Part shown: piece by piece, positions 9,324-18,950 of the stretch
Layout: every line of letters begins with the position of its first letter
How positions within the stretch are numbered: the stretch's first letter is position 1
Origin: Candidatus Kapaibacterium sp.
Lineage (GTDB): Bacteria > Bacteroidota > Ignavibacteria > Kapaibacteriales > Kapaibacteriaceae
DNA length: 64,000 nt
NCBI GenBank assembly: GCA_030833725.1
Contig: JAURGP010000001.1
Span: 44,080 to 108,079 of the forward strand
Direction: 5' to 3'
Notes under the pieces: generated by a model
What the model saw: only the letters and a program-made list of their open reading frames with translations
Told to the model about the DNA's origin: nothing
The model's database searches: none
Program-made: the position numbers and the translations under genes

Positions 9324-10628
9324 ATGGCGCCGATCATTCTCTGGCGGTACATCCTGCGGTCCATGGTAGGGCCCTTCCTCTTTGGCACGGCCATCATCAT
9401 CTTCATTTTTCTGTCGCAGTACATGATCAACTACCTGCCAAAACTGGCAGGAAAGGGGCTTGGCTTAGACGTCATCGGCGAGTTCATGGTGCTGAACATG
9501 TCGTGGATTCTGGTCCTTGCTGTCCCGATCGGCGTGCTGTTTGCCAGCGTGATGAGCTTCGGAGCGCTGTCGGCTACACACGAGGTTACGGTGATGAAGG
9601 CCTCGGGTATGGGACTCATCCGGATGATGGTTCCGGTGGCTGTTGTTGGAGCCGTTCTTTGGGGAGCTACGTTCTGGTACACCGATAACGTTCTGCCAGA
9701 TACCAACCTGCGCCTGAGTTCGATGATGCAGAACATTCAGCGGTTGAAGCCAACGTTTGCCATCGAAGCCGGGCAGTTCACCACTCAGATCGACGGCTTT
9801 ACCATCTTGGCCCGACGCATGGACAGCACCGGCGTGATGCATGGCATCACGATCTATGATCGTACCAAGCCCGACCGCCTTACCATCGTAAGTGCAGATG
9901 TGGGTCGGCTATCCTTTTCTCCGTCGTACACGCGGTTGATCGTAGACCTTACCCAGGGCGAAGTCCATCAGTCTCGGATATCGGATCGTAAGCCCTACCG
10001 TGTTGTTGAGTTCAACACGCATCGCATTGTGATGCGCGCTGATCGATTCTTCTACGAAAAGCCCGACGTCTCCGGATCGTCGCGTGGGGATCGTGAGATG
10101 CGCATCTCGGACATGCAGGCTATCGTAGATCGCAGTGATTCCATCATCACGGCAGCCCAACACTCCTTTGGGAACCTGCTACACCAACACATCTCCACGG
10201 TGACGCATGCCCCTTCAGCAACCAATGGCGGTGATGGCCTCCAGCAGGCCGACGAGCCGTACAACCGAGCACTGGGCTTGATCACCACCGAGCGCACGGC
10301 CCTAGAAACAGAGCTCTACCGCGAAGATGCCGAGCGACGCCTGTCGAGTCGGTACGAGGTAGAGATTCACAAAAAGTACGCCATCCCGTTTGCCTGTCTG
10401 CTGTTCGTCTTTGTTGGAGCCCCACTCGGCATCCTCACCAAGGGAGGCAACTTTGGCATCAGCGCTGCCATTTCGCTTGCCTGTTACATCGGCTACTGGG
10501 TAACGCTCATCGGCGGAGAGGAACTTGCCGACCGCGGAATGTTAGCTCCCGAGATTGCGATGTGGGCAGGAAACACGTTGTTTCTGGTGATCGGAGTGGT
10601 CACGACGGTGCGCGTGAACAACCGCTAG
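9324..10628 (+). CDS. LptF/LptG family LPS export permease (YjgP/YjgQ)
   Basis: MAPIILWRYILRSMVGPFLFGTAIIIFIF… is the YjgP/YjgQ N-terminus; 434 aa with a large periplasmic loop between TM3 and TM4. Confidence 0.8.
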   Translation: MAPIILWRYILRSMVGPFLFGTAIIIFIFLSQYMINYLPKLAGKGLGLDVIGEFMVLNMSWILVLAVPIGVLFASVMSFGALSATHEVTVMKASGMGLIRMMVPVAVVGAVLWGATFWYTDNVLPDTNLRLSSMMQNIQRLKPTFAIEAGQFTTQIDGFTILARRMDSTGVMHGITIYDRTKPDRLTIVSADVGRLSFSPSYTRLIVDLTQGEVHQSRISDRKPYRVVEFNTHRIVMRADRFFYEKPDVSGSSRGDREMRISDMQAIVDRSDSIITAAQHSFGNLLHQHISTVTHAPSATNGGDGLQQADEPYNRALGLITTERTALETELYREDAERRLSSRYEVEIHKKYAIPFACLLFVFVGAPLGILTKGGNFGISAAISLACYIGYWVTLIGGEELADRGMLAPEIAMWAGNTLFLVIGVVTTVRVNNR

Positions 10629-10642
10629 CGGCAGGTCAACAC

Positions 10643-11806
10643 CTACCACACGAAACGGTTCAACGCCGTATGCGCTCGGGCGAAGGCTTCGTCCATGGTA
10701 GCAGCGGTGGCCGTGAGGTGGCCCATCTTTCTTCCAACGCGGGATTCTTTCTTGCCATAGAGGTGTAACGACACGCCGTCCACCTTGAGCATTTCTACCA
10801 CACTGTCCGGAATGGCACTACCTGATCGCTCGCCTAGCAGGTTGATCATGGCAGCACCACCAACGCGCAACTCCGGCGAGCCAAGAGGCATGTTCGTCAC
10901 TGCACGGATGTGGTTCTCAAACTGCGAGGTAACGCAGGCCTCGATCGTGTAGTGACCGCTGTTGTGAGGTCGAGGAGCAATCTCGTTCACGAAGATCTCA
11001 TCCTTGGGTGTGAGGAACATCTCCACACCAAAAACCCCAACACCATCGATGGTTTCCACGCAGGCAACGGCAATCTCCTGAGCACGCTTCTGCAGCTCTT
11101 CTTCGATGGGAGCTGGTGCCAGTACCGTCACACAGATGTGTCCTTCCTGAATCGTCTGCACGCAGGGATACACCGCTACTTCGCCGCGCTTGTTCCGGGC
11201 CACCATCACAGCCAGCTCTTTGTTGAAGGTAACGAAGCTCTCGGCCATCAAGGGACGAGGTGCCTCGCCTTCCATGAACCTACGCCACACCATATCGATC
11301 TCCGTATCGCGCTTGATCGTGGCGTTACCGTAGCCGTCATAGCCGTGCGTGCGTGTCTTGGCCACAAAGGGATATCCATGCGTGGCACCAAACTGGTGGA
11401 GGTCGTCCTTCGTTGTGATTTCGGCAAAGGTAGCCGTGGGCAAACCCGCTTGAGAGAAGGTGACCTTCTGGGTGTACTTGTCCTGCACGAGGCGCATGGT
11501 AGCCGGCGTGGGATAGACCCGTCGGCGCTCGGCAATGCGATCCAAGATGGCAGGATCGACGAACTCGTTTTCCAGCGTGATGATATCGGATGCTTTCACA
11601 AACGCATCTACCTGAGCCTCGTCATTCCAGCCACCCGGAAACTCGTGCTTCGTCATCCGTCCAGCCGGTGAATCGGCACCGTGCTCGATGATGGCTGCCT
11701 GCATTCCCAATCGATACACTTCCTGGAGTGTCATCTTTGCCAACTGGCCACCGCCGAGGATTCCCAGAGTAAACGGCTCGGACGGCGTGTAGATCGATGG
11801 TAGCAT
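10643..11806 (-). CDS. purK: N5-carboxyaminoimidazole ribonucleotide synthase (ATP-grasp)
   Basis: LGILGGGQLAKM N-terminus and ATP-grasp motifs; 387 aa. PurT cannot be fully excluded. Confidence 0.75.
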   Translation of the reverse strand: MLPSIYTPSEPFTLGILGGGQLAKMTLQEVYRLGMQAAIIEHGADSPAGRMTKHEFPGGWNDEAQVDAFVKASDIITLENEFVDPAILDRIAERRRVYPTPATMRLVQDKYTQKVTFSQAGLPTATFAEITTKDDLHQFGATHGYPFVAKTRTHGYDGYGNATIKRDTEIDMVWRRFMEGEAPRPLMAESFVTFNKELAVMVARNKRGEVAVYPCVQTIQEGHICVTVLAPAPIEEELQKRAQEIAVACVETIDGVGVFGVEMFLTPKDEIFVNEIAPRPHNSGHYTIEACVTSQFENHIRAVTNMPLGSPELRVGGAAMINLLGERSGSAIPDSVVEMLKVDGVSLHLYGKKESRVGRKMGHLTATAATMDEAFARAHTALNRFVW

Positions 11807-12181
11807 TTAGGCAGACTCCTCAATAACAACTACGGCCAGTCCAACCAGTGCCGTGTGCGACAGGCTCACGTGGATCGTATGACTACCCCATCGCTCCAGC
11901 ATCGGACCGAAGAGTTCGATCACGGGCTTTCCTGATGGCTCGTTGCGGATACCAACATTCTTGAAACTCATTCCATCCCGCATGCCGGTTCCAATGGCTT
12001 TGCTGAAGGCTTCCTTTGCTGCAAAGCGGGCTGCAAAATGCAGGAACCGTGTTTCGCCATAGCGGTTGCAGTAGTCGATCTCCGTGTTCGTAAACACGCG
12101 CTGCAGGAAGCGCTCGCCGTATTCAGCGTACGACTTCTCGATGCGCGGCACGTCCACAATATCAGTTCCTAGACCAATCAA
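11807..12181 (-). CDS. acpS: Holo-ACP synthase (4'-phosphopantetheinyl transferase)
   Basis: [15 protein letters not shown]…[10 protein letters not shown] is the AcpS fold. The TTG start overlaps the prfB stop (ATTGA), suggesting translational coupling. The track ORF extends further into prfB. Confidence 0.75.
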   Translation of the reverse strand: MIGLGTDIVDVPRIEKSYAEYGERFLQRVFTNTEIDYCNRYGETRFLHFAARFAAKEAFSKAIGTGMRDGMSFKNVGIRNEPSGKPVIELFGPMLERWGSHTIHVSLSHTALVGLAVVVIEESA

Positions 12182-13282
12182 TGTTGCTGATCCTCGAACA
12201 GGAGATAGGCCTTGATCAACTCGTCCAGATCTCCATCCATCACGCGATGGACATCGGTGATCTTGGTTTCGGTACGGTGATCGTTCACCATCGTGTAGGG
12301 CTGAAACACGTAGCTGCGAATCTGCGAGCCCCATTCAATCTTCTTCTTTGTTCCCTCGATGGCAGCCTTCGCGGCTTCCTCTTCCTCCCGGCGCTTCTGG
12401 TAGAGGCGGCTCTTCAGCATCATCATGGCGCGCTCGCGGTTTAGAAGCTGCGATCGCTCCTGCTGACAGCTCACCACGATGCCCGTGGGAACGTGTGTAA
12501 GGCGCACGGCCGTCTCCACCTTATTCACGTTCTGTCCCCCCTTACCGCCCGAGCGGAAGGTGTCCATCTCGACGTCGGCAGGGTTGACCTCAATCACAAC
12601 GTCGTCGTCGACCTCGGGATACACGAAGACCGAGGCGAAGGACGTGTGGCGTCGGGCATTGGAATCGTAGGGGCTGATGCGTACCAGGCGATGGACGCCG
12701 TTTTCGGCCTTTAGGTAGCCATAGGCATACGGACCGCGCACTTCCAGCGTACCGCTCTTGATGCCAGCGGTATCACCCTCCTGCTCATCAGCAAGGAAGA
12801 CTTGGAAGTTGTGCTGCTCGGCCCAGCGCGTGTACATCCGCAGCAGCATCTCCGCCCAGTCCTGAGCCTCGGTACCGCCGGCTCCTGCATTGATCGTCAA
12901 GATGGCATTACGGTTGTCGTCCGGCCCGGAGAGAATCTTCTTCAGTTCTAGTTCGTCAACAGCCGCAAGACATCGATCCAGTTCGGCGGTGATGTCGGCC
13001 TCCATCGTGGAGTCCTTGGCTTCCTCGCCCAGTTCGATCATCGCCTGAACGTCATCGGTTGCCCTGCTAGCCTGTTGCCAGGAATCTACCCAGTCCTTGA
13101 GGTCGGAGAGTTCACGGCTCACCTTCTGCGCACGCTCCTGGTTGTCCCAGAAGTCGGGTGCAGATTGTAACATCTCTCGCTCGGCAATCTCATCGCGCTT
13201 GCCGTCGATGTCAAAGGTACCTCCGAAGTTGCTCTACGCGAGAGCGGAGATCGGAAAGTGTTTCTTTCTGGGGTTCGAACAT
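12178..13282 (-). CDS. prfB: Peptide chain release factor 2, with programmed +1 frameshift
   Basis: GGQ motif, [24 protein letters not shown] (RF2-type SPF/SPY tripeptide region) and [16 protein letters not shown] frame-0 leader [23 protein letters not shown] from the ATG (CAT 13280-13282) ends at an in-frame TGA. The +1 frame continues as [24 protein letters not shown]… into the track ORF. Confidence 0.9.
13210..13225 (-). other. prfB programmed +1 ribosomal frameshift site (internal SD-like GGAGG + CTT TGA C)
   Basis: The minus strand reads CGG AGG TAC CTT TGA C. This matches E. coli prfB AGG GGG TAT CTT UGA C: an SD-like element 3 nt upstream of the CUU slippery codon, then in-frame UGA followed by C. 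Confidence 0.85.
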
Positions 13283-13330
13283 GGTAGGGGGCTCTGGGGC
13301 TGTGATGAATCGTGCTGCAAAAATACGGCT

Positions 13331-15748
13331 TTACAGCAACGGTGACGACACACCGATCGACCATCCAAACCTGCCGCGCTCCATGCCAAGGCCCCCTACC
13401 GGCCAGAGCGCATCAACGCGGAGGTAGAAGAGCTCACTGATGAACGTCGGGATGCGGGCCAGCGCCACACCGGCCTCCATGTACCACCCACCAGTAGCAT
13501 CCCATGCTACACCAGCGGCTGTAGGCTGCTGATCCTGCCAGACGTTGGCCGCATCGAACACGCCAATGATGTCGATGCCACGCTTGTTGGAGAACGTGGG
13601 CAGACCGATGGCACGCCACCAGAGATCGGTGAAGTTGTGCTCCACATGAGCACGTACGTAGCGTGTTCCACCGAAGGCACTCACGGGAACAGTTGCAAGA
13701 TCCACGTGGCTACCCAGCACCGGATAGCGCTGCAGCAGGGAGAACTGGTACTGACGTGGAAGGTTTCCCTGGAGTTGCGTACCGCCAAAGAGGTCTAGAT
13801 CCAGACGCATCGGATAGTATCCCGTTGCAAACGTTTGCAGGCGAAGACCCACACTTGCCTCAGCCGAAGCAAACGCCTCCGATGTTGCCATATCGCGTCC
13901 GAGGCGGACAACGGCATCAACAAAGAATGGCCGGACGGAGCCGAAAAATTCCGCGCCACCGGATCTCCCATACGATGCCGTGAGAGCCAGCGTCTGGTAG
14001 TGTCCAGCATCTGCTGGAATCACGGTACGATTGGGCGCCTCGAGTACCGGCATGTTGATGGCACGATGATCGCTTGCCATCAGGGATCCGGAGAATCGCC
14101 CCCATCGCATCACCAAACCTACCTCGGAACCATCCATGCGGTAGAAATCCGACCAGTCGGGATAGATCACATCGGAGAGGTTCAGGAAGTCTGCACGGCC
14201 AAACACGGATCGACTTGCTTGCAGAGTGGTCACGCGGGAGAACACAGTGCCCACCACCTGCACAACCTCGCCGCGGTCGCGGTGAAGATCAACAGCCAAG
14301 CCAACCTCACCCGTCCGCGTTCCATTGCGCCCAAAGGTGGCTTGCGTTGTAAGGCGCACCGGCTCGAGCGTGGCACTGATTTCACCTCCGTAGCGCATGC
14401 CCGTGATCGAGGCGCGATCGATCACGGGCACCAGACCCAGCGTCACGGGACCGACACTCAGTCCAAAACTCGCCGCACGGTTGTCGTCTTCGTCGCGAGG
14501 TGGTCTTGCCGCTGCAACGGAGTCGGCAATCCGGTAGGCCTCGCGTTCCTCTTCTGATTGCTGGGTATAGGCACGCTGCTCCCAGAACTCCGGACGTGAA
14601 CTGTCGGCATCGTCGGCGACCGACGTTGTACGATCCTCCTGACGGATCCGGATTCGGCCCTGTCCTTTCTGCTGGACGGTATCCTCCGGACTGGTGAACA
14701 CGGAATCAGCGATGGGTACATTCACCTGGACGTCCGTCACGTGGGTCTCCACGGATACGTCAAGGTTGACAGAAAGGACTCCAGTGAGAACCTCCACTCC
14801 AGCACGGGCGGTAATCTGCTGGTACATGGGCAGCCACACGGAATCTGCATGTTGCTCATACCGCTGCACGTAGCGGACGCGACGAACAAACGGAATGGCC
14901 GTTTCGTCGGTAGGAGAAAACTCAGCACCAATCACGTGGTAGGTACCCTCAACAATCGTGAGTGTGCCTTCAAAACCCGGATACATGCGGACCTTTGGCT
15001 CGAAGGCCACGCGATACACCATCAGGTTGCCAAGCGGCTCCTTACCCAGGAGTCGGTACTGGTACTCATCCAAGGCTCCGGGGGCAAGGGGCGTTACGAG
15101 TCGTGTTTGCAGGATCCGGACTTCGGGGATCGTGAAATCGAAGAACTGGTCAAAGACGAGCAGGTTCTCCTGAGCTGGCACGTTCTTGGTTTGCCGCCGC
15201 TGGATGATGTTGACGTGCTTTCGCGGCATGGGCGCGCGTTCGTCATACACGGTGGAGAAGGTCTCCATGATGGACGACTTCACTGTATTCTCTTGATTAC
15301 GACGCAGCCCGGCATCATCCACCGTGACGTTCATCTTGGAGTACACACTACTCACGACAGATGTTACACGTTGGTTGTTCTCTTCCACCCGCTGCGACGC
15401 GCGCTTGATGACTTCCTCGGCTGTGATCTCACCTGTCACGGCCACGGTGCCGTAGTTCACGGACGATGGCTGCAACAGAATCTCGCTTCCCACGGACTGC
15501 ACGTCGATCACAAGTCGGTTGTAGCCGAGCGATGTGACGATCAGTCTCTGCGCTTCGGGAGGCAATGGCAGGCGAAACTCCCCTCGCCCGTTGGTGTACG
15601 TACCCTTGGTTGTTCCATCAATCCGGAGTGATGCACCCCCAACGGGTTCACGGGTGACACTACTCCGGACGATACCTTGCACAACCGTCTGCGCCTGCAT
15701 GGATGACAGGCCTACAGTGAATACGATGCACAGGAGGATGCGGGACAT
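13331..15748 (-). CDS. Outer-membrane protein with N-terminal carboxypeptidase-regulatory-like domain (DUF5686-like)
   Basis: Signal peptide, then VVQGIVRSSVTREPVGGASLRIDGTTKGTYTNGRGEFRL (CarboxypepD_reg β-sandwich) and a long β-rich region; 805 aa. Confidence 0.55.
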   Translation of the reverse strand: MSRILLCIVFTVGLSSMQAQTVVQGIVRSSVTREPVGGASLRIDGTTKGTYTNGRGEFRLPLPPEAQRLIVTSLGYNRLVIDVQSVGSEILLQPSSVNYGTVAVTGEITAEEVIKRASQRVEENNQRVTSVVSSVYSKMNVTVDDAGLRRNQENTVKSSIMETFSTVYDERAPMPRKHVNIIQRRQTKNVPAQENLLVFDQFFDFTIPEVRILQTRLVTPLAPGALDEYQYRLLGKEPLGNLMVYRVAFEPKVRMYPGFEGTLTIVEGTYHVIGAEFSPTDETAIPFVRRVRYVQRYEQHADSVWLPMYQQITARAGVEVLTGVLSVNLDVSVETHVTDVQVNVPIADSVFTSPEDTVQQKGQGRIRIRQEDRTTSVADDADSSRPEFWEQRAYTQQSEEEREAYRIADSVAAARPPRDEDDNRAASFGLSVGPVTLGLVPVIDRASITGMRYGGEISATLEPVRLTTQATFGRNGTRTGEVGLAVDLHRDRGEVVQVVGTVFSRVTTLQASRSVFGRADFLNLSDVIYPDWSDFYRMDGSEVGLVMRWGRFSGSLMASDHRAINMPVLEAPNRTVIPADAGHYQTLALTASYGRSGGAEFFGSVRPFFVDAVVRLGRDMATSEAFASAEASVGLRLQTFATGYYPMRLDLDLFGGTQLQGNLPRQYQFSLLQRYPVLGSHVDLATVPVSAFGGTRYVRAHVEHNFTDLWWRAIGLPTFSNKRGIDIIGVFDAANVWQDQQPTAAGVAWDATGGWYMEAGVALARIPTFISELFYLRVDALWPVGGLGMERGRFGWSIGVSSPLL

Positions 15749-15755
15749 GTGGCAC

Positions 15756-16427
15756 TTATACGTCGGCGTGGTGTTCCGGTTGCACTTGCTCGATGTGCCA
15801 ACCTAGAGCCCCCTGCAAACCGTACCTCATGGCCACACCAATCAGCAGGGCGCTCATGCGCTCGAGCGTGCGACTGAGAATCAGGCTACCGACGTACCAC
15901 GGACGAAATCCCATCGATGTAATCATGCGCTCCACAACGCGGGCAGCATCCCGATCATCGGATGCTACAAACGTGTCGAAGACGGGGCGGGTGGTGAGAG
16001 GCGTGTCGAAAGCAGCAACAGAGATCGAGTTCAACGCCTTCACCACACGGGCATGTGGCATCAGCTGGGCAAGATGTTCGGCGGCACTCTCATCGTGTGG
16101 CGTTAGCACGTCGTCCAGCGATGGCGTCAACGGATTGGTCATACTCACCACGATACGTTGCTGCAGAGCATCACCGACGCGCGTGGCAAAGTCCTGCTCG
16201 GCCTGGTACGGAATCGCGAGAATCACAACGTCGGCCGCCAGGCACGCCTCGACAGGATCGGTAAACAGGGTCACGAGTGGTTCAGCCCCCTGCATGACCT
16301 GTAGCGGAAAGAGGTTGGTGTCGAAGGCGCACACCCTGTAGTGAGCGTCGAGGAGCCGGCGCACGATGCGCGACCCCATGGCTCCGGAAGCGCCAATCAC
16401 GGCAACGGTAGGTCGATTAGGAAGCAT
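15756..16427 (-). CDS. NAD(P)-binding Rossmann-fold protein (COG2085 / F420-dependent NADP-oxidoreductase-like)
   Basis: VAVIGASGAMGSRIVRRL dinucleotide-binding motif; 223 aa. Overlaps the upstream kefB-like gene by 11 nt. Confidence 0.5.
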   Translation of the reverse strand: MLPNRPTVAVIGASGAMGSRIVRRLLDAHYRVCAFDTNLFPLQVMQGAEPLVTLFTDPVEACLAADVVILAIPYQAEQDFATRVGDALQQRIVVSMTNPLTPSLDDVLTPHDESAAEHLAQLMPHARVVKALNSISVAAFDTPLTTRPVFDTFVASDDRDAARVVERMITSMGFRPWYVGSLILSRTLERMSALLIGVAMRYGLQGALGWHIEQVQPEHHADV

Positions 16428-18180
16428 CGGACGGACTTTCGAATTCCTTGGGTGTAATACGGGCTAGAGCGCCGTAGCGGTGTTGCCGCATGCGATCCTC
16501 CTGCTCCAGGATCACCTGATGGTCCACACCCAGATGCTCCAGGACGGCTGCGAACATCTGAATGCTGGACTCGTACTCCTCGGTGATCACCACATCGGCA
16601 CCTCGTCGAGACATCTCCTCGGCATCTCTGGCATAGCGCACGCGGGCCATCACCATGGCATCAGGACGCAGCTTTCGCACGGTCGCAACGCCATGAGCCA
16701 TCACGGTGTGGTCGCTAACGGCAACGATGATCACCGTTGCAGACTCAATGCCGGCTCGCTCCAGATCTTCCTCGCTGGACAAATCTCCCTGGACAACGTT
16801 GCACCCATCGCGACGCAGTCTGGCAACGTTCTGAGGATTCAATTCGAGCATGCGATATGGGATGGTTGTGCGTTTCAATACCTGAGCAACATTGGCCCCA
16901 AGAACGCCACCGCCAATAATCGTCACGGTTGGAGCTTGATCCTCCATCACCACCGTCGATGATGGGTCGAACCATGACTGTCCAGGTAACACCTGTTCCA
17001 CTACAGGAGTTGCACGCTCGGCAAACCACGGGGCAAACGTGATGAGCAGCGGCGTTACTACCATCGTGATGATAATCGAGACAATGAGGTTCTGGAGGTC
17101 GAAGTCGGAAATCACACCAAGACTGGCCCCTGCTGTTGCAAGGACAAATGAAAACTCTCCTACCTGTGCCAGAATCACCGCCGCCATCACGGCCGTGCGT
17201 GGGTTCACGCGTAGCGGTATCAGCACGAGAGTCACCACCACGGCATTGGCAACCAAGATTCCCAGTGCTGTAATGATGTTCATGGGAAGCCACTGCCAGC
17301 TGATGTTCACGAGCAAACCAATCGACAGGAAGAACACACTGGTGAAGGCATCACGCATCGGCTGTAGTACTCGGCCAATGGTGTGTCCCTCTTCGCTACC
17401 TCCAATGGCAAGTCCAGCGATGAAGGCTCCAAGAGCCATCGACACACCGGCGAGGCTGGTAACGTAGGCTGTGCCGAAGCAGAGCGCGAGGCCACCAAGA
17501 ATCAGGACCTCCGGTGTGGCCGTGCGTGTAACGTACGGAATGATCCGTGGCAGGGCGTAGCGTAGTCCCACGATCAGGAACACCGTAACGCCAATCATCG
17601 TACCGAGCTGAATGGCAATGTCGGTGTTCGTCAGTGTACCGCCTGGTGCCAGCAGCGTGGTGATGATCATCAGTGGTACCACGGCAATATCCTGGAAGAT
17701 CAGGATACCCATCACCGCTCTGCCATGCGGCAGAGCCAGTTCCCTGCGGTCCTTTAGGACCTTGGTACAGATGGCCGTGGAGCTAAGTGCCATGGCCATC
17801 CCAATGAGGGCAGCCCCCTCCACCGAGATTCCTTGAGGCGTTACCCAGTGGGCTACGGCATAGGCACTGGCACCGAGGAGTAGTGTGGAAAGGAGCACTT
17901 GTAAGGGGCCACCGACCAGCACAATGGTGCGCAAGCGCTTGAGGTCGTCGATGGAGAACTCCAGGCCGATGGTGAACAACAGCAGAATCACACCAATCTC
18001 ACTGATGACGGAGATGATGTCATCCTGTGCAACCAGCGCCAGGCCACTCGGACCGATGATGAGACCAGCCGTGATCAATCCCACGATAGGTGGAATCTTG
18101 AACCGCTGGAACAGGAGAATAACGGCTACGGCAGCAAGGCTGAGCAGGACGAGCTCGTCGAGAAACTCGAATCCGTGCAT
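16417..18180 (-). CDS. kefB: Monovalent cation:proton antiporter-2 (CPA2) K+/H+ antiporter with C-terminal TrkA-N/KTN domain (KefB/KefC-like)
   Basis: Na_H exchanger membrane domain (…IGPSGLAL…) plus C-terminal Rossmann IIGGGVLGANVAQVL. Confidence 0.8.
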   Translation of the reverse strand: MHGFEFLDELVLLSLAAVAVILLFQRFKIPPIVGLITAGLIIGPSGLALVAQDDIISVISEIGVILLLFTIGLEFSIDDLKRLRTIVLVGGPLQVLLSTLLLGASAYAVAHWVTPQGISVEGAALIGMAMALSSTAICTKVLKDRRELALPHGRAVMGILIFQDIAVVPLMIITTLLAPGGTLTNTDIAIQLGTMIGVTVFLIVGLRYALPRIIPYVTRTATPEVLILGGLALCFGTAYVTSLAGVSMALGAFIAGLAIGGSEEGHTIGRVLQPMRDAFTSVFFLSIGLLVNISWQWLPMNIITALGILVANAVVVTLVLIPLRVNPRTAVMAAVILAQVGEFSFVLATAGASLGVISDFDLQNLIVSIIITMVVTPLLITFAPWFAERATPVVEQVLPGQSWFDPSSTVVMEDQAPTVTIIGGGVLGANVAQVLKRTTIPYRMLELNPQNVARLRRDGCNVVQGDLSSEEDLERAGIESATVIIVAVSDHTVMAHGVATVRKLRPDAMVMARVRYARDAEEMSRRGADVVITEEYESSIQMFAAVLEHLGVDHQVILEQEDRMRQHRYGALARITPKEFESPSDAS

Positions 18181-18198
18181 AGGGCCTCCTGTGCGTGT

Positions 18199-18888
18199 TT
18201 AACTGCGACTACCAAAGATGGCGCTGCCAACACGGATCATGGTTGATCCCTCGGCAATAGCCCATTCCATGTCGTTCGACATGCCCATTGAGAGTTCAAT
18301 GGCCGAGGCCGGAACCCGGCCTTCTTCGATGGCACGATCGCGGATGGATCGCAGCAAGGCAAATCCCCGACGAACGGTTGCTTCATCGGATGATAGAGCA
18401 CCCATGGTCATGAAGCCCCGCACGTGAACACGTGTTGACTGAGCAATGGCTTCCAGAATCGTGTTGACCTCGTCGGGTGTACATCCGTGCTTCGACTCCT
18501 CACCAGAGGTGTTCACCTCTACGTAGACGTTGATGTGCCGATTTACCCGCGCGGCCTGCTTCTGGAGTTCCACCACAAGAGCTACACGATCGACACTCTG
18601 CACGGTATCGACAATCTCGATGATGTCCTTGACCTTATTGGTTTGGAGGTGGCCGATGAAGTGCCATACGACCTCTTCCTGTGCCAAGGCCTTTGCCTTT
18701 GGTACGAGTTCCTGCGCCTTGTTCTCACCACAGAGGTGTAAACCGGCACGGATCGCTTCCCGAATCGTTTCGGGGGTCTGCTCCTTGGTGGCCAGACATA
18801 CGCGCATATCGCCCAGTTCACGGCCGTTCTGTTCGCATGCAACGTTGAGGCGCTGCAATAGGATCTGGATTTGCTTTTGGATCGTCAT
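18199..18888 (-). CDS. yggS: YggS family PLP-binding (alanine-racemase-fold) protein
   Basis: …IREAIRAGLHLCGENKAQEL…HFIGHLQTNKVK… motifs; start at MTIQKQ (CAT 18886-18888). Confidence 0.8.
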   Translation of the reverse strand: MTIQKQIQILLQRLNVACEQNGRELGDMRVCLATKEQTPETIREAIRAGLHLCGENKAQELVPKAKALAQEEVVWHFIGHLQTNKVKDIIEIVDTVQSVDRVALVVELQKQAARVNRHINVYVEVNTSGEESKHGCTPDEVNTILEAIAQSTRVHVRGFMTMGALSSDEATVRRGFALLRSIRDRAIEEGRVPASAIELSMGMSNDMEWAIAEGSTMIRVGSAIFGSRS

Positions 18889-18950
18889 AAGCTCGAATAT
18901 ACGATGAGGCCAGAGCATGCATCTCGTCAACCTTCCAATATATTCGCCAG

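Noticed and set aside
11807-12334. Long-form acpS start at 12334 from the ORF track
   Set aside because: It would overlap prfB by about 150 nt and add a non-conserved Arg/Ser-rich N-terminus. The TTG overlapping the prfB stop gives a canonical-length AcpS.
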